64,000 bases of DNA from Ylistrum balloti (taxonomy: Eukaryota): NCBI RefSeq assembly GCF_031769215.1, contig NW_026782397.1:558001-622000 (forward strand), given 5' to 3'. Shown here one piece after another: positions 50,201 to 61,879 of this stretch. Each line of letters begins with the position of its first letter. Position 1 is the first letter of the stretch. Both the position numbers and the translations under genes were made by a program. The notes beneath the pieces are model-generated. The model did no database searches. It saw nothing but the letters and a program-made list of their open reading frames with translations, and was not told where the DNA came from.

Positions 50201-52771
50201 ACTTTATGTAAGCAATAGCAAATGTAAACAACACTGAAGGTTAGTAATTTCACAGGTAAGCAACATCGCAGGTAAACAACATTCATAATAAGCAGCGCAA
50301 AGGTAAGCCACTAGAGCTAAATATCACAGTAGATAAGTTACACCACAAATAAACAATATTTAAGGGAAGCATATACAACGCTTCAGGTAAACAACACTGC
50401 CAAGTGGTCTTATAGTAATAAACATTGATACAAAATATCCGCCTCAGTCCTTATAGCACTAAATATTACATTTCTAAAATTCATCGTTTATAAAACAGGT
50501 ATATTCCGATGTGTGTTTGTTATTTGTCGTGGTAACAAATTTCGTCTGTAGACAGCGTTCTTTAGCGTATAACATCCACTTGAGTGGATGTGCACTTGTG
50601 CAAGTATTGATTTGCTACAGAGTGAGGTTATCTGCATCAGATATCTGCATCCCCTATATGATGAAAGCAATACATTTGCGTATTCCATAACACTGTACGG
50701 CATTCGAGTTATTTCGATCCTGACAAAGCTGGGTGCTGCTGTGTTACATATAATTGTAACTGGATCAACATTTGAAGTGACGGCTCAATGTCTGTACTTG
50801 ATATCAAATCAATATGAAAAATATGTTTGTTAAGAGGGATTACCAGCTTGGATTTAGACAACTATTAATTTTTATGGAAACCTGTATTACCATCAGGCAA
50901 CAATATATAGTAAGACGTATAAGAGATATTAGGTTCAAAGCCTAAACACATTATTCAGATTATGGGGAAGTTTCACGGTAGTCATAGTGATCTCATAGTG
51001 GTGTGTTCTATTTCATTTTGCGATATGAAATCGGGCGTATTTGATACTCCTTGGTTTGCCTGGCAGTTTCATTTCTGAATACCTTGTTCTCATTTGAGAA
51101 CATGACATAAATGATATTTCGGGTGACGTCGACGAAGCAGATGACGCTTACTCTTCCTGAGCACCTGGTGTTATTCCGTGTATTTTTTTTCTTTTGATCA
51201 TATTTTACCATATTTTCATCGAATTTGAGTTTGTAGTAAGATTCTTTTAAAATGATTGGTGTTGTCTTTGATGTGTTTGTTTATGTTTCAAAGGCAAAAA
51301 TAAAAAATACTGTACATTTGAACTGCAATTGGTAACAGGGCTAAGAGTTCTGGTATTTTATCCTTGTTTGTCTGATTGTAACAGAAACAATTTCAGAAGT
51401 CGTGCTTTAATCATTTAGTATTGATGCAGTTTATTGAAGTTGTCGATGACCATCGAGGTGAATGATTCATACTGAGACCTGTATACATTTCATTCCAGAA
51501 TGACATTTTCGACTGGGTACGAGATCACAGAGTCCACCACAAATTTTCAGAGACGGATGCTGATCCTCATAACGCTACACGTGGATTTTTCTTCGCTCAC
51601 ATTGGATGGCTGCTGGTCAAGAAACACCCGAAAGTCATCGCCAAGGGCAAACAAATCAGCCTTAAAGACTTGTACGAAGACCCAGTCGTGATGATACAAA
51701 AAAGGTGCCTTTACTTTACTTCATTTAGTAAATAAATAGATAAATAAATATTAAGTTAATTGATTACACGTTATTGTCAGTAATTAAATAAATAAACAAA
51801 TAAATTACACTTGACTACTTTATAGTACATGCAGAAGAAGCCGTAATTAGAAACCGACTTCTTACGAGCTATGTCTAAGTATTATAATTTTTTGAGAATT
51901 ATAAAAAGATATATTTCCCCCAATACACGTATCTAACAGTTTATTAAATGCTAATGCTGTCAACAAACAGTTGTTATTTACAAAAAAAACATGCTGTATC
52001 AAACTCGCAGAATTCATTCTTTTTGTACATATTTTGCCCAGGTTTTATGGTATTTGAGTTTGGATTATAATAATGTTGACGTGTTAGTATTTTCTTGGTA
52101 TTTTTTATACGAAATCATAACTGATTATTAGTATTGCATTGAGCAACTGATACTTCAAGTATTTGGTCGCTATTGAATACTACGTATCCCACCTTTACTC
52201 AATTCCATTCTCAATCTGGTTTCGTTTGGGTTAACGAATGTACGCATAAAATTCTGATAATACTTTTGTTGTTGTTGTTGACAGTTTTGATAAAATGACA
52301 TCAAATGGCCAACTGATTACATGTGTTTTCTATTTCAGGTTTTATAAGCTGTCTGTGTTGTTGATGTGTTTTATCGTGCCGACTATTGTACCTTGGTACT
52401 TCTGGGGGGAGACTTTGTGGAACTCGTTTTACCTTGCTTCCATCCTTCGTTACACTTTAGTGTTAAATGCCACGTGGCTCGTGAACAGTGCCGCCCATAT
52501 GTGGGGCTCTAGACCCTATGACAAGACGATAAACCCAGCTAATAATCTCGCTGTGGTGTTCAGTGCTGCTGGGGAGGGATTTCATAACTACCATCATGTG
52601 TTTCCACAGGACTATGCCACTAGTGAGTATGGACTGCGTTTCAACATCACCACAATGTTCATAGATTTTATGGCATTCTTGGGTTTGGCATCGGACCGAA
52701 AAGTTATTTCTTCAAAAACCATTCAGATGAGGAAAGAGAGGACAGGCGAGAGATCTGTGAAGTTGTCTTAA
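47234..52771 (+). CDS. SCD: Stearoyl-CoA (delta-9) desaturase, 329 aa; exons 47234-47453, 49835-49965, 51499-51704, 52339-52771
   Basis: IVWRNV, GVTAGAHRLWSHRSYKA, QNDIFDWVRDHRVHHKFSETDADPHNATRGFFFAHIGWL, LNATWLVNSAAHMWG.RPYD and GEGFHNYHHVFPQDY give all three His boxes. Introns are GT-AG and in phase, total 990 nt. Confidence 0.97.
48445..48682. mobile_element. Short MITE (Tc1/mariner-type termini) in an SCD intron
   Basis: TACTGTAAAAT at 48445-48455 and its reverse complement ATTTTACAGTA at 48672-48682 (TA target plus TIR). Confidence 0.6.
49416..49444 (+). ncRNA. Hammerhead ribozyme catalytic core (Penelope-type), apparently truncated
   Basis: CTGACGA-GTCC-TAAAA-GGAC-GAAAC-AGCT gives the CUGANGA and GAAA boxes with a perfect 4-bp stem II. 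The expected GTC cleavage strand after the palindromic AGCT loop is absent. Confidence 0.7.
50025..50400 (+). repeat. Degenerate short-period repeat rich in GTAAACAA/GTAAGCAA in an SCD intron
   Basis: GTAAACAA at 50029, 50077, 50161, 50224, 50272 and 50387; GTAAGCAA at 50061, 50137, 50208 and 50256. Confidence 0.75.
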
Positions 52772-55546
52772 GCATTAAGGATATTTGTCCTCATACACAG
52801 TATTCTTCAAGCAATTTGCTTGTTAAGTGTTTTGGTCTATATAGCATTCCGCTTCTTGTGACCGCTCCGAATGCGCAGCATTGCGTTTTAAATGGCGGTT
52901 TGCTTAATAGGGCGTAGAAATTGAAGACAAAATATTCTCATGGACATTTGTTTGGAACACCATGGTGTGAGTGATACTTATATATGTCATCAAAATTAAT
53001 GATCAGTTAAGTACACATGAAGATAAATTGTTGTGAGAGTTTGTAAGAATTTTGGTATTTGAGTTTAAGTTAAGTTTACGAATTGATAAAATGGAAAAAG
53101 AAATACAATCGTTTCGGAAAGACTAAATATCCTATTTTTTTATCATTTAGAGAAAAGCACATTAAACAGTCAATGTTATATCTAAATTATATCAATTTCT
53201 TTTATTGTTTAAATATTGAATATTGGATTCATATCCTTTAAAAGGTATCAGAAATGTATATAGTTTAAAGGCTTGGACGCTGTATGATTTTTAAATGACA
53301 ATAACTTTATGGGTTAGAGGTGTGAGGAGAGGAGGAATACAGAGTGAAGTATTATTTCCGAATTATATTGATAGTTCAAACTACACTGTGGAGGGATGGA
53401 CAATGTGCCAATAATTTTAGTATTATATGACGTGAATGTTATCGGTAGATTTGAAGAGTGGGTCATTGAATAACTAAATGTAAGCGTATATATATAGTTT
53501 ATCAGTAAGAATGTGTGTTGAATTGTAGTTTTCGAACGTGTGTAGTGCTAAGAATTGCTTCAAAAAGTCAGCCATGTCACAAAGATAATATTTTGTCAAA
53601 CTTGTTAAATCTAAGCACTAAGTGAAGAAAATGAAGTATTTTTGTTGTAAATATATATCTGTCCTTAGATGTTAATATCTGTTATGTATAAGAGTTTTAT
53701 ACTAAACTGTTTGTTTATATAAATCAAGGTACTAATATTCGATATTCTATGTCTTTATCTGGTCAACATTTTGAATGAATGTGAAAATATCATGACTGAT
53801 ATCAGTGGATCATTATTCAAATGAAAAGATACGTGGATCTATGGGATATATAATTTCACTCTCGGTTCCTTGGTACCAGAAGTTGTAACATTCCATTTGA
53901 TGTTAGATGAAGCTCTTAGCGACAAACGTGTCAGTAAATTTTCGAATTCAAGTTTTTTTTTTTTTTCTTTTTTTTTTAAAGATTTGGAAATATTATCTCA
54001 GTTTTCATTTTGCTAAAAGCTGCAGCTGGATCACTGCCACAGACAGTGTGTATAGAAGTATTGTTAAGTAACTTCTGTCGGTGATTACCATTGATGTCAA
54101 TGAGAAGTGAGAGCAACGGTCAAGATGGAAAACATTTTCTGGTGCCCCATATGACTACGTGCTATTGTTGATAACATTTTTTTTTTTTTTGCGGAAATAA
54201 AAATTTTGAATGTTGATTCGGTGTTTGTCTAAGTTGTTGTACTTTGAACATTAAGGGCCTGGTGTGGTGTTTTAGGTTAAACATGAAATATCAATACGCA
54301 AACAAGAACGCCATATTTCGATATAGAGACGATCTAAGGGGAGATAACCAACTATAAACAGAACTGAAATGTTTTGCTTGTTTCAAAGTAGGTAGATTAT
54401 GATTTAAGAATAGGATATAGTCAGTAAATTATAGAAATACAATTTCATATCAAGAAAAAAATATTAAAATAGTGATATCTTTGCTATGGAATATTCGACT
54501 CGATCAACATCATTAACAGCAAATAACAATGGAAATATGATTTTCATGAATCAATATATTAGTATATAAACAGTAAAGGGTGCGATTGTATGTCATGGCA
54601 GAGCAAATTAATTTACCATTACAATTGTATTAAGACACATATGAAAACAATGAAATTAAATATGCTGAACAATATCCGTGATAGACGTAACACCAATTTG
54701 TTCAATAAAACAGTTTTTAAAAGACGCGGTATATGATAAAGTCAATAGATTACGATTATAAAAGTACATGATATTCTTCTTTTCCTTTCCATGAACATTC
54801 TCCTTAGTCTTTTCTGGCTATTCTTGTCTGTTGAAAAACACAACAGTAGACGCAAGACCCGTAAAATAAATTATAATCATCGGCGCAGTTTTTTTTTCCT
54901 TTAGAAGTTCGCATACCTTGTAAATTGTATTCTTTATGTTTAGATAAATATCGTATAAGTTTAATTTTGATTTTCGTTCGAAGGTTCGTATCTGCAACCT
55001 GATTTAAAACAGATTATCATTTTACAGTACGTTCTAAATATCTTCTTAAGTATGTAGTGCACAATGAGGATTTTTTAATCAGATTGTCGTATATTTCACT
55101 GAATCACTTTACAATCAGGGTCCGGAATACAATTAAGATACAAGGAGAAAATAATTCTTCAAATATCTATGTAGATTATATATGTTAAAAGCTTCAATTC
55201 GACATCCTAAACTGGTTGTTATATTGCCAGCAGAGACATACTCTGTAGATTAAGATGGCGTCAAATTTGTGCTGAACACTTTTATGCGAGTTAGTTCCCC
55301 TCTGTCAAATAAATAGTTGGAATTGTGTTATGTTTTCGCAATATGCATTAACTGGTATTAATTTATTCTCATATCATATGGGTTCCATTTCGATTGGAAA
55401 CATTTGACAGGATTAAATAAATTTTATCAAAACTCACTGCACTCTCTGCTATAATGTAATGAAATGAGCAAATTTATCGATGAGTAAGCTCCCTTGCCTA
55501 GAAGATTAATTATAGAGGGCGCAACGAATGGCGCGAACATTGAATA

Positions 55547-58500
55547 ATGGCTGCTACTTCATCTCAGAACGCCATCACCTTGAAGGGATCGACTGAAATC
55601 GTGTCTGAATTCTTTTGTAAGTATAAGAGTATTGAATTGTAACACGAGTTGGTCATGATCAATATCAACAATTTCTCTTGATAATACAGAAAGTCTATGT
55701 CCGCTGTCAGCAATCGTATTGCTGTGGTAGAGTTGAACACTCATTTTGACTGTCAGGCCATGTCTTAGGAGATAGACACATATCTGCATCAACTGAATTG
55801 TCATCAGCATTAAATCTAAAACACATCCTCTCTTCGATACCAGCCTTTTATTAATCTGTAAACATATCGTGAAATCGTAAATATAAGCAATCTTGAGTGT
55901 CAGTTCTTGATTATGTTGATATTCCTCATTCACTACAAAATTTGATTGCTGGCCTACAAGGGCAACATTGACTAATATCTTTACCAAATGAAACTTCCGA
56001 CCTCCCCGTCATTTGTCTTTTTTTTAAATATAAAAAGCCAGTCAAAATACGTTTTGTCCTTTCTGGAAGTACACATGTACAGACCAATGTTTACCACGGG
56101 GATTTGTCCCCGAGGTATATGTAGCAGCAGTTGTTTGTTTTATGTTACTTTGTTTATTTTGCTTGTTCGAACAACCAGAAGGATATATATTAGGATGAGT
56201 TAATTGTACCAGATTACTGCACTAGAGTTTTGTGCTTTGACTACTTTCCTCCATTGTTTTATTGTGAAAGAACAGGGAAAACATTCATTGCTGTAAAGTG
56301 CTCTGACCAGGTATGGAACCTGTGTCCCAAACTAGGCTGCATTTTTAATACTTTAAGACTTGTAGTATACCAAAAGATAAAATATATGTAACACTGGTAA
56401 AGTACTAGCCGCAAAATACCGCTCCGCTGGAGAGAACTTCTCTTTAGATTGATCGGTTGAACGTCAGACTAGAAAGCCAGGGGTCCGGGGTTTGATTCCA
56501 GGGCTCTCACACCCCATTTTCGGACTGGGGCCTGGGGCCCTTAGGATTGAGAAAAATAGCAGTGTTTTCCTTAGAATTGGGAAAACTTGGGGTCTCAATT
56601 CGGAAAAAAAGATACTATTTTGCATTGGGAATGGGGCTGAATATCAGCCCCAAATCTGGCAGATCGAGAGCCCTGGATTCCTAGCAGAGGCATAGAAGTA
56701 AATCATAACATGATCTGTTACATTGGCGCCCATGCTTTTTTTTTTTTACCAAGGTTACATATAATTGAATGTAAATTGGTCAACATCACCTCTCCATCAC
56801 CAAGTCATGTCTTCTGATATGGACAGATATCAACATTAGTTTTACTTTCTTTCCAGGGTATGGAATCAACAGTATTCTGTACCAGCGAGGAATCTACCCT
56901 CCAGAAGATTTTACGCGAGTACAACAGTATGGCCTGACTCTGCTGGTGTCTTCAGATGATGCCCTTAAAAATTATCTAAATGAAGTGCTGTCACATGTTA
57001 AAAGTATATAACCTACATAGTTTTTGTTTATATGGTTGCCTGTATCTGGGAAGATGACTTTTTTTTAAGTCTAAACATATCAAATATTTAAGGCAAAATT
57101 ATTTTCCAAACTGTTGCCTCTCTTTTGAAATTTAATTTTAGGCCAAGTTGCACTACACACATTATATATCATAAAAAAAATATTCAAAATTGAGGGTAGC
57201 AATCCAAACTGTTGCCTCTCTTTTGAAATTTAATTTTAGGCCAAGTTGCACTACACACGTTATATATCATAAAAAAAATATTCAAAATTGAGGGTAGCAA
57301 TCTATTTCAGTCAGCAACTAGATTATATATATAGGAGATATCTTTCAAATGAAAAAAAAGATACCACATAGACAACTACTTTATTCAAGGTAACTTGTAG
57401 AATAATCTGATTTATGAATACACTTAATTGTTATAGTAATGAAGTATTACTGGGTAGTTAATGTACTTTTGTACATAAGCATGGATTTTAGAGATGTATC
57501 TTTCAATACTCTTTTGTAGAATGGCTGTTGAGTATGACAGTGAAGAAACTAGTTGTTGTTATTAAAGACATAGACACCAACGAGGTGATGGAGAGATGGC
57601 AGTTTGATGTAGAGTGTGATAAAACTGTGTTAGAAGAAAGGTATGTATACAGTATCAAAGAACAGTCCAGGACCTTGAAAGTACAAACTTAAGTACAAAC
57701 TTGATTGGGAAAAATCATATTGATAAGTCATATTGTAAATATGCACTCACGCCTTTCTAATGAAGGAACATAATACTGTATTTATTCCAATAAACGCCCT
57801 GGGGGCGTGAAATTTTTCAAACAGGGGGCGATTAATAGAACACAAAATTTCATAATTTGTTGGTCGTGACATGCCATGGCTGCCACTTAAAAACATTGTT
57901 TAGCAAACTAACGAATTACTCAGCAAAGAATGCATTTGAAAATTGCAGTAATTCCAACATCGTTGTAGCTTTAAACATTGTTGTCAATTGCATTCTGATA
58001 ACCTGAATTCTTGTATGAAACATCGTGTCAGCTTCAGTCAAAAACGTACAATGTTCATCATCGCTTGTAGGCCTAGTTTGCATAACAAAATGAAAAAACA
58101 CAGTGGTATATAAGCCAGTCTGTTTCTTAATAAATCCCACATACCTGATAACAATGTCTGGGACAAAATGAAATTACGACACTGCTTTCAATCATCTTCG
58201 CAGAGGAGAAGGGTAAACATGCCGCTGCGAAAGTGTTTCGTGTTGACAGAAAACGAGTGCGGGGCTGGTGTCAAAACAAAGAAAAATTAGAAAATCTTTC
58301 TAAAACATCTAAACACTGTAAAGGAGGTGGTAGGCATGTCAGATATGAAGATATTGACAAAAATCTGATGAGATGGCTACAGGAGAGACGGGAGGCCGGA
58401 ATACGAGTGACTGGGAAAGCATTGCGGTTTGAGGCCCTGCGTATGCATAAGGCAAATGGTAGTCAATCGTTCAAAGCCTCATATGGATGGTTTTCTAAAT

Positions 58501-61500
58501 TCAAAAAGAGACATAACATTTCGTTCAGGGGATCTACGCATGTGGCACAACATGAAGTTTCATTAATTGATTATCGTATTGACAGTTTTTTGAATTTCGT
58601 GTTAAGAATGCATCGGCTACGAGAATAACCCGATAGCCATATCGCTAACATGGACGAAACCCCGGTGTGGTTTGACATGCCAGGAAAATCGACATTGGCA
58701 ATGAAGGGGGAAAAGGAGGTCAGAGTTTACAGTACTGGCCACAAAAAACAAAAAAATAATGGTTACACTGGCAACATATGCCGATGGGACTAAAATCGCC
58801 CCCCTTGTGCACATGCCAGGCATTCGTCCCCTTCCGAAAGATGACATACCAAGTGGTATTGTGGTATACATGTGCGAGGCTGGACAAAAATCCTGGGCAA
58901 ACGGGGAAAGTATAAAATTTTGGTTAAAAAAACAGGTTGGGGGGTGGTGGGCGTTTATTAGAGACTGGGCGTTTATTGGAATAAATACGGTATAGTATGC
59001 TGCTGAGCACAAGAGTTATAATTTGAAAAATTAGAGAGGGAAAAGACAGCACTTCTTGGTGACCTTACAATCCATTATCTTTCTTTACATTTATTTACCT
59101 TCTTTTTCTTCTTAATTGATTTTAAAATTTTATTATACAGCAATGGTGACAATGTATTTAACTTAATTACTTTCATTCACATATTCCTATTTTTGTGTTA
59201 TCAGTAAACCAAGAGAAAAGTCAGTGAAAGAAATCAACAAAGAAATTTGTTCTGTGATACGGCAGATAACAGCCTCTGTGACCTTTCTGCCTTTGCTGGA
59301 AAGTGCTTGTAAGTATCATATTAACTTGACAGTGATCTTTTTTACTTCGTTTCACGGTTGAAATCAGAAAAAGCTGTATCCCCTTGCGAAAAAGCAGTTT
59401 ACCCCAAAATAGAGACAAGAATGTAGTTCCTAATTTGAAGCTATATCACTATTTTCATCCCCCGCTTTCACCTAAACAAGGGGATATTAATTTGGGTTCG
59501 TCCGTCTGTCTGTCACACTTTCATTTCCGTGTTCTAACTTCCCCAAATCTCATCCAATTTGAGTTAAACTTGGTCAGCAGAAACTTGGTCAGCAGATGCA
59601 TCTTGGGGTCATTAAGACTGAGTTGGACTATCAGTGTCATCTGTTAATGATTATGCATACTATTGAGGTATCCTTTGATTTCATTGGTCAGTTATCTGTA
59701 AATATAATTCCATTTAGATGAAACTTGGTCAGCAGATGCATATTAGGGCACATAAGACTGAGTGCAGCAATCAGCATCTTATGCTAATATATATGCATAC
59801 TAATTAGGTATGCTTTCATTTCTTTGGTTGGTCAGTTTTTGTGCTCTAACTTTCCTAAATATAATCTGATTTAGATGTAACTTGAAGTCCCACAAATATT
59901 ATCCAGTCCCCTATACCGATCATCATATTGTGTGGACTGCTATACCTGCTGATGACCATAGATCTGCTAAGCACCATTATAGTTACTAGCATGCAAGTTT
60001 TCTTCAATTAGTTCACTTTATTGGTTAATATTTGATATGTCCAATAAAACATCTACTCTCTATAATCCTTTACATCTTTCTTTGGCTTTAAAGCAACACA
60101 TCATAGCTCGAGAGAATATATCATTCTATATAGCATTATGACATGTTTACTCCTAACCTCTAAAATATTTGCTTACAATATGTTTGGAAGGAGGGGGGAT
60201 ATAAATTCCATGAATTTGCTTGTTTACCCAGTTTATGAACATACATACACATACCTTGTAAGTTAAGCTTCAAAAAGAAATTTGCCTTGATACTTATGTG
60301 TGATGCCCATGTAACTCTCAATTACCTACTTAAATGTTTTGACTTCCATTTACTATGATGTAACCTTACCAAAATCAGTTGCATAAGAACAACTGCCAAT
60401 CTAAACAGCACGAGGTAAAACATTGAAATGATAAAGATCAGCATGGGACTGCCTCAGTGCTTAATTAGGTGTCTGAAATATCTCTCGTCATCTGCATTTG
60501 TACAGAAGTTCTGTTATACATTGATATGTTGTGGCCCTTGGAGTAGAGACCAGTTTTTTTGCTCAAGTTGATAACTGATTGGATACCATACATTTTTATG
60601 AAATTTTGCAGCTGCTGTTTTTGAAAAGCAATTCTGTATGATTCACAAGTCTAAAATATTGAGGCAGCTACTGTTTGAAAATTTTGAACCTTCTGTATAA
60701 ATTTATGACTGAAAGTACTAAAGTACTTTTATATTGTAACCAGCATGGGTATTTGGCAGACTGAAATAATTTGCTCAAAATAGACTATTCTTCTGTAACC
60801 ACTAACAACAGAACATATTGTTCAGAATTGTGATGAGTCCTATTTCTAGCCAGAGTTATTCTTTAAAGTGAGTACATGTCTCACAGAAGTCTTAAATTAT
60901 GTTTATAATATTTGCTTTTTAAAGTAATATTTAAGTCGCTTGGTATTTCTTATGAGTTTTCAGTATTGCTTTTGTCATGATTAATCTGCAATTTATTTTC
61001 ACAAGTCCTTTTCAGCTTCATTGCTGTAAACAATGGGTCCCACAATGTGAAATTTAAGTGTTTCCAGAAATCCTATGAGTTCCATCAAAATTCTCTGAGT
61101 ACATGACTTCAGAGTCACATGTGGATATATCACTGCTTTTGTATAAGAGACGCTGAATCCCAAACAATACTGACACCTGAATTACATGGGAATCTAGACA
61201 GTTAGCATAACTTAATTCAATCATTATTTTGGAAACTGTTGATATGATTTCAAATGCCAATATGCAAATGTAGGATTTTACAGAAATATTTTCGTTATAT
61301 AGAATGTGTCCAGAACCTGCTCTTATTCATTGAAATATAACTTTAACTTTTTTTTTCTTTTTTTACAGGTGCCTTTGACTTACTGGTATATACAGACAAG
61401 GATGTCGAGGTGCCCAGCTCGTGGGGCGAGGATGGCCCACACTTCATTGCCAACTCAGAGGAAGTTAGACTGCGTTCCTTCTCTACCAGCATACACAAGC

Positions 61501-61535
61501 TTGACACCATGGTGGCTTATAAAAAGACGGACTGA
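55547..61535 (+). CDS. MAD2L1: Mitotic spindle assembly checkpoint protein MAD2A, 202 aa; exons 55547-55616, 56857-57003, 57520-57640, 59205-59308, 61369-61535
   Basis: ITLKGSTEIVSEFF, YGINSILYQRGIYPPEDF, ERWQFDVECD, EI.SVIRQITASVTFLPLLE, FDLLVYTDKD.EVP..W, SEEVRLRSFST.IHK. Introns are GT-AG and in phase, total 609 nt. Confidence 0.97.
56387..56731 (+). mobile_element. 5' LTR (56387-56722) of the tRNA-bearing LTR family plus primer-binding-site remnant; MAD2L1 intron 1
   Basis: TGTAAC...GTTACA termini, roughly 80 percent similar by eye to the reverse complement of 9692-9858. It is followed after 1 nt by TGGCGCCCA (56724-56732), the start of a tRNA-Lys-type PBS. Confidence 0.8.
56499..56675. 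mobile_element. 177-bp MITE nested in the B box of the LTR
   Basis: TIR CAGGGCTCTC / GAGAGCCCTG with duplicated GATTC at 56494-56498 and 56676-56680. Removing it restores GGTTTGATTCCTAGCAGAGG, as in the other LTR copy. Confidence 0.88.
57106..57301. repeat. Near-perfect 98-bp tandem duplication in MAD2L1 intron 2
   Basis: CCAAACTGTTGCCTCTC...GAGGGTAGCAAT at 57106-57203 and 57204-57301, with one visible substitution. Confidence 0.92.
57776..58990 (+). mobile_element. Internally deleted pogo-family DNA transposon in MAD2L1 intron 3
   Basis: 24-bp TIRs C(T/C)GTATTTATTCCAATAAACGCCC at 57776-57799 and 58967-58990 with TA TSDs. The broken transposase has a Brinker-like HTH (FAEEKGKHAAAKVFRVDRKRVRGW), a CENP-B HTH (FKASYGWFSKFKKRH) and the start of a DDE domain (IANMDETPVWFD). 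Confidence 0.92.
59452..59900. mobile_element. Degenerate Helentron-associated/pearl-like element fragment in MAD2L1 intron 4
   Basis: Terminal palindrome-like CCCCCG...AAGGGG, a GTCC/GTCT microsatellite, and two ~140-bp internal repeats beginning AAACTTGGTCAGCAGATGCAT at 59581 and 59721. Confidence 0.55.
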
Positions 61536-61873
61536 AAGCTAGAGTGTTCTTCCTGAAAGTGCATTAGAAGTTGGATCAAATAGCTTATAGTGCTGGCAGT
61601 TAGCCTTAACCATAGAAATGTTTTTCAGTCCTGAAACAAACAATGGACTGTATATAGGAACATACTTTCTTAATATTCACAAAGATGGATTGTAAACTGC
61701 TTTCCTGTTTGTTCTATGTTGTACGGTGATTCTGAATGAGACGGAAAAATCCATCAAGTTGTGCTGAAATATCAGAGAAATCTTTGTTCAGCTGAAAGTA
61801 TTGTTTCATTTCTTATTCATAAAGGGTTTTTGGTTACTAGTGCTTTTTTTTTTTTTTTTTATTTGCTGTAATG

Positions 61874-61879
61874 AATAAA
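61874..61879 (+). terminator. Probable polyadenylation signal of MAD2L1
   Basis: AATAAA about 340 nt after the stop codon, following a T-rich tract. Confidence 0.5.

Noticed and set aside
55559-55987. 142-aa minus-strand ORF
   Set aside because: It starts at TTG, has no recognisable motif, and lies antisense over MAD2L1 exon 1 and intron 1, which explain the region.
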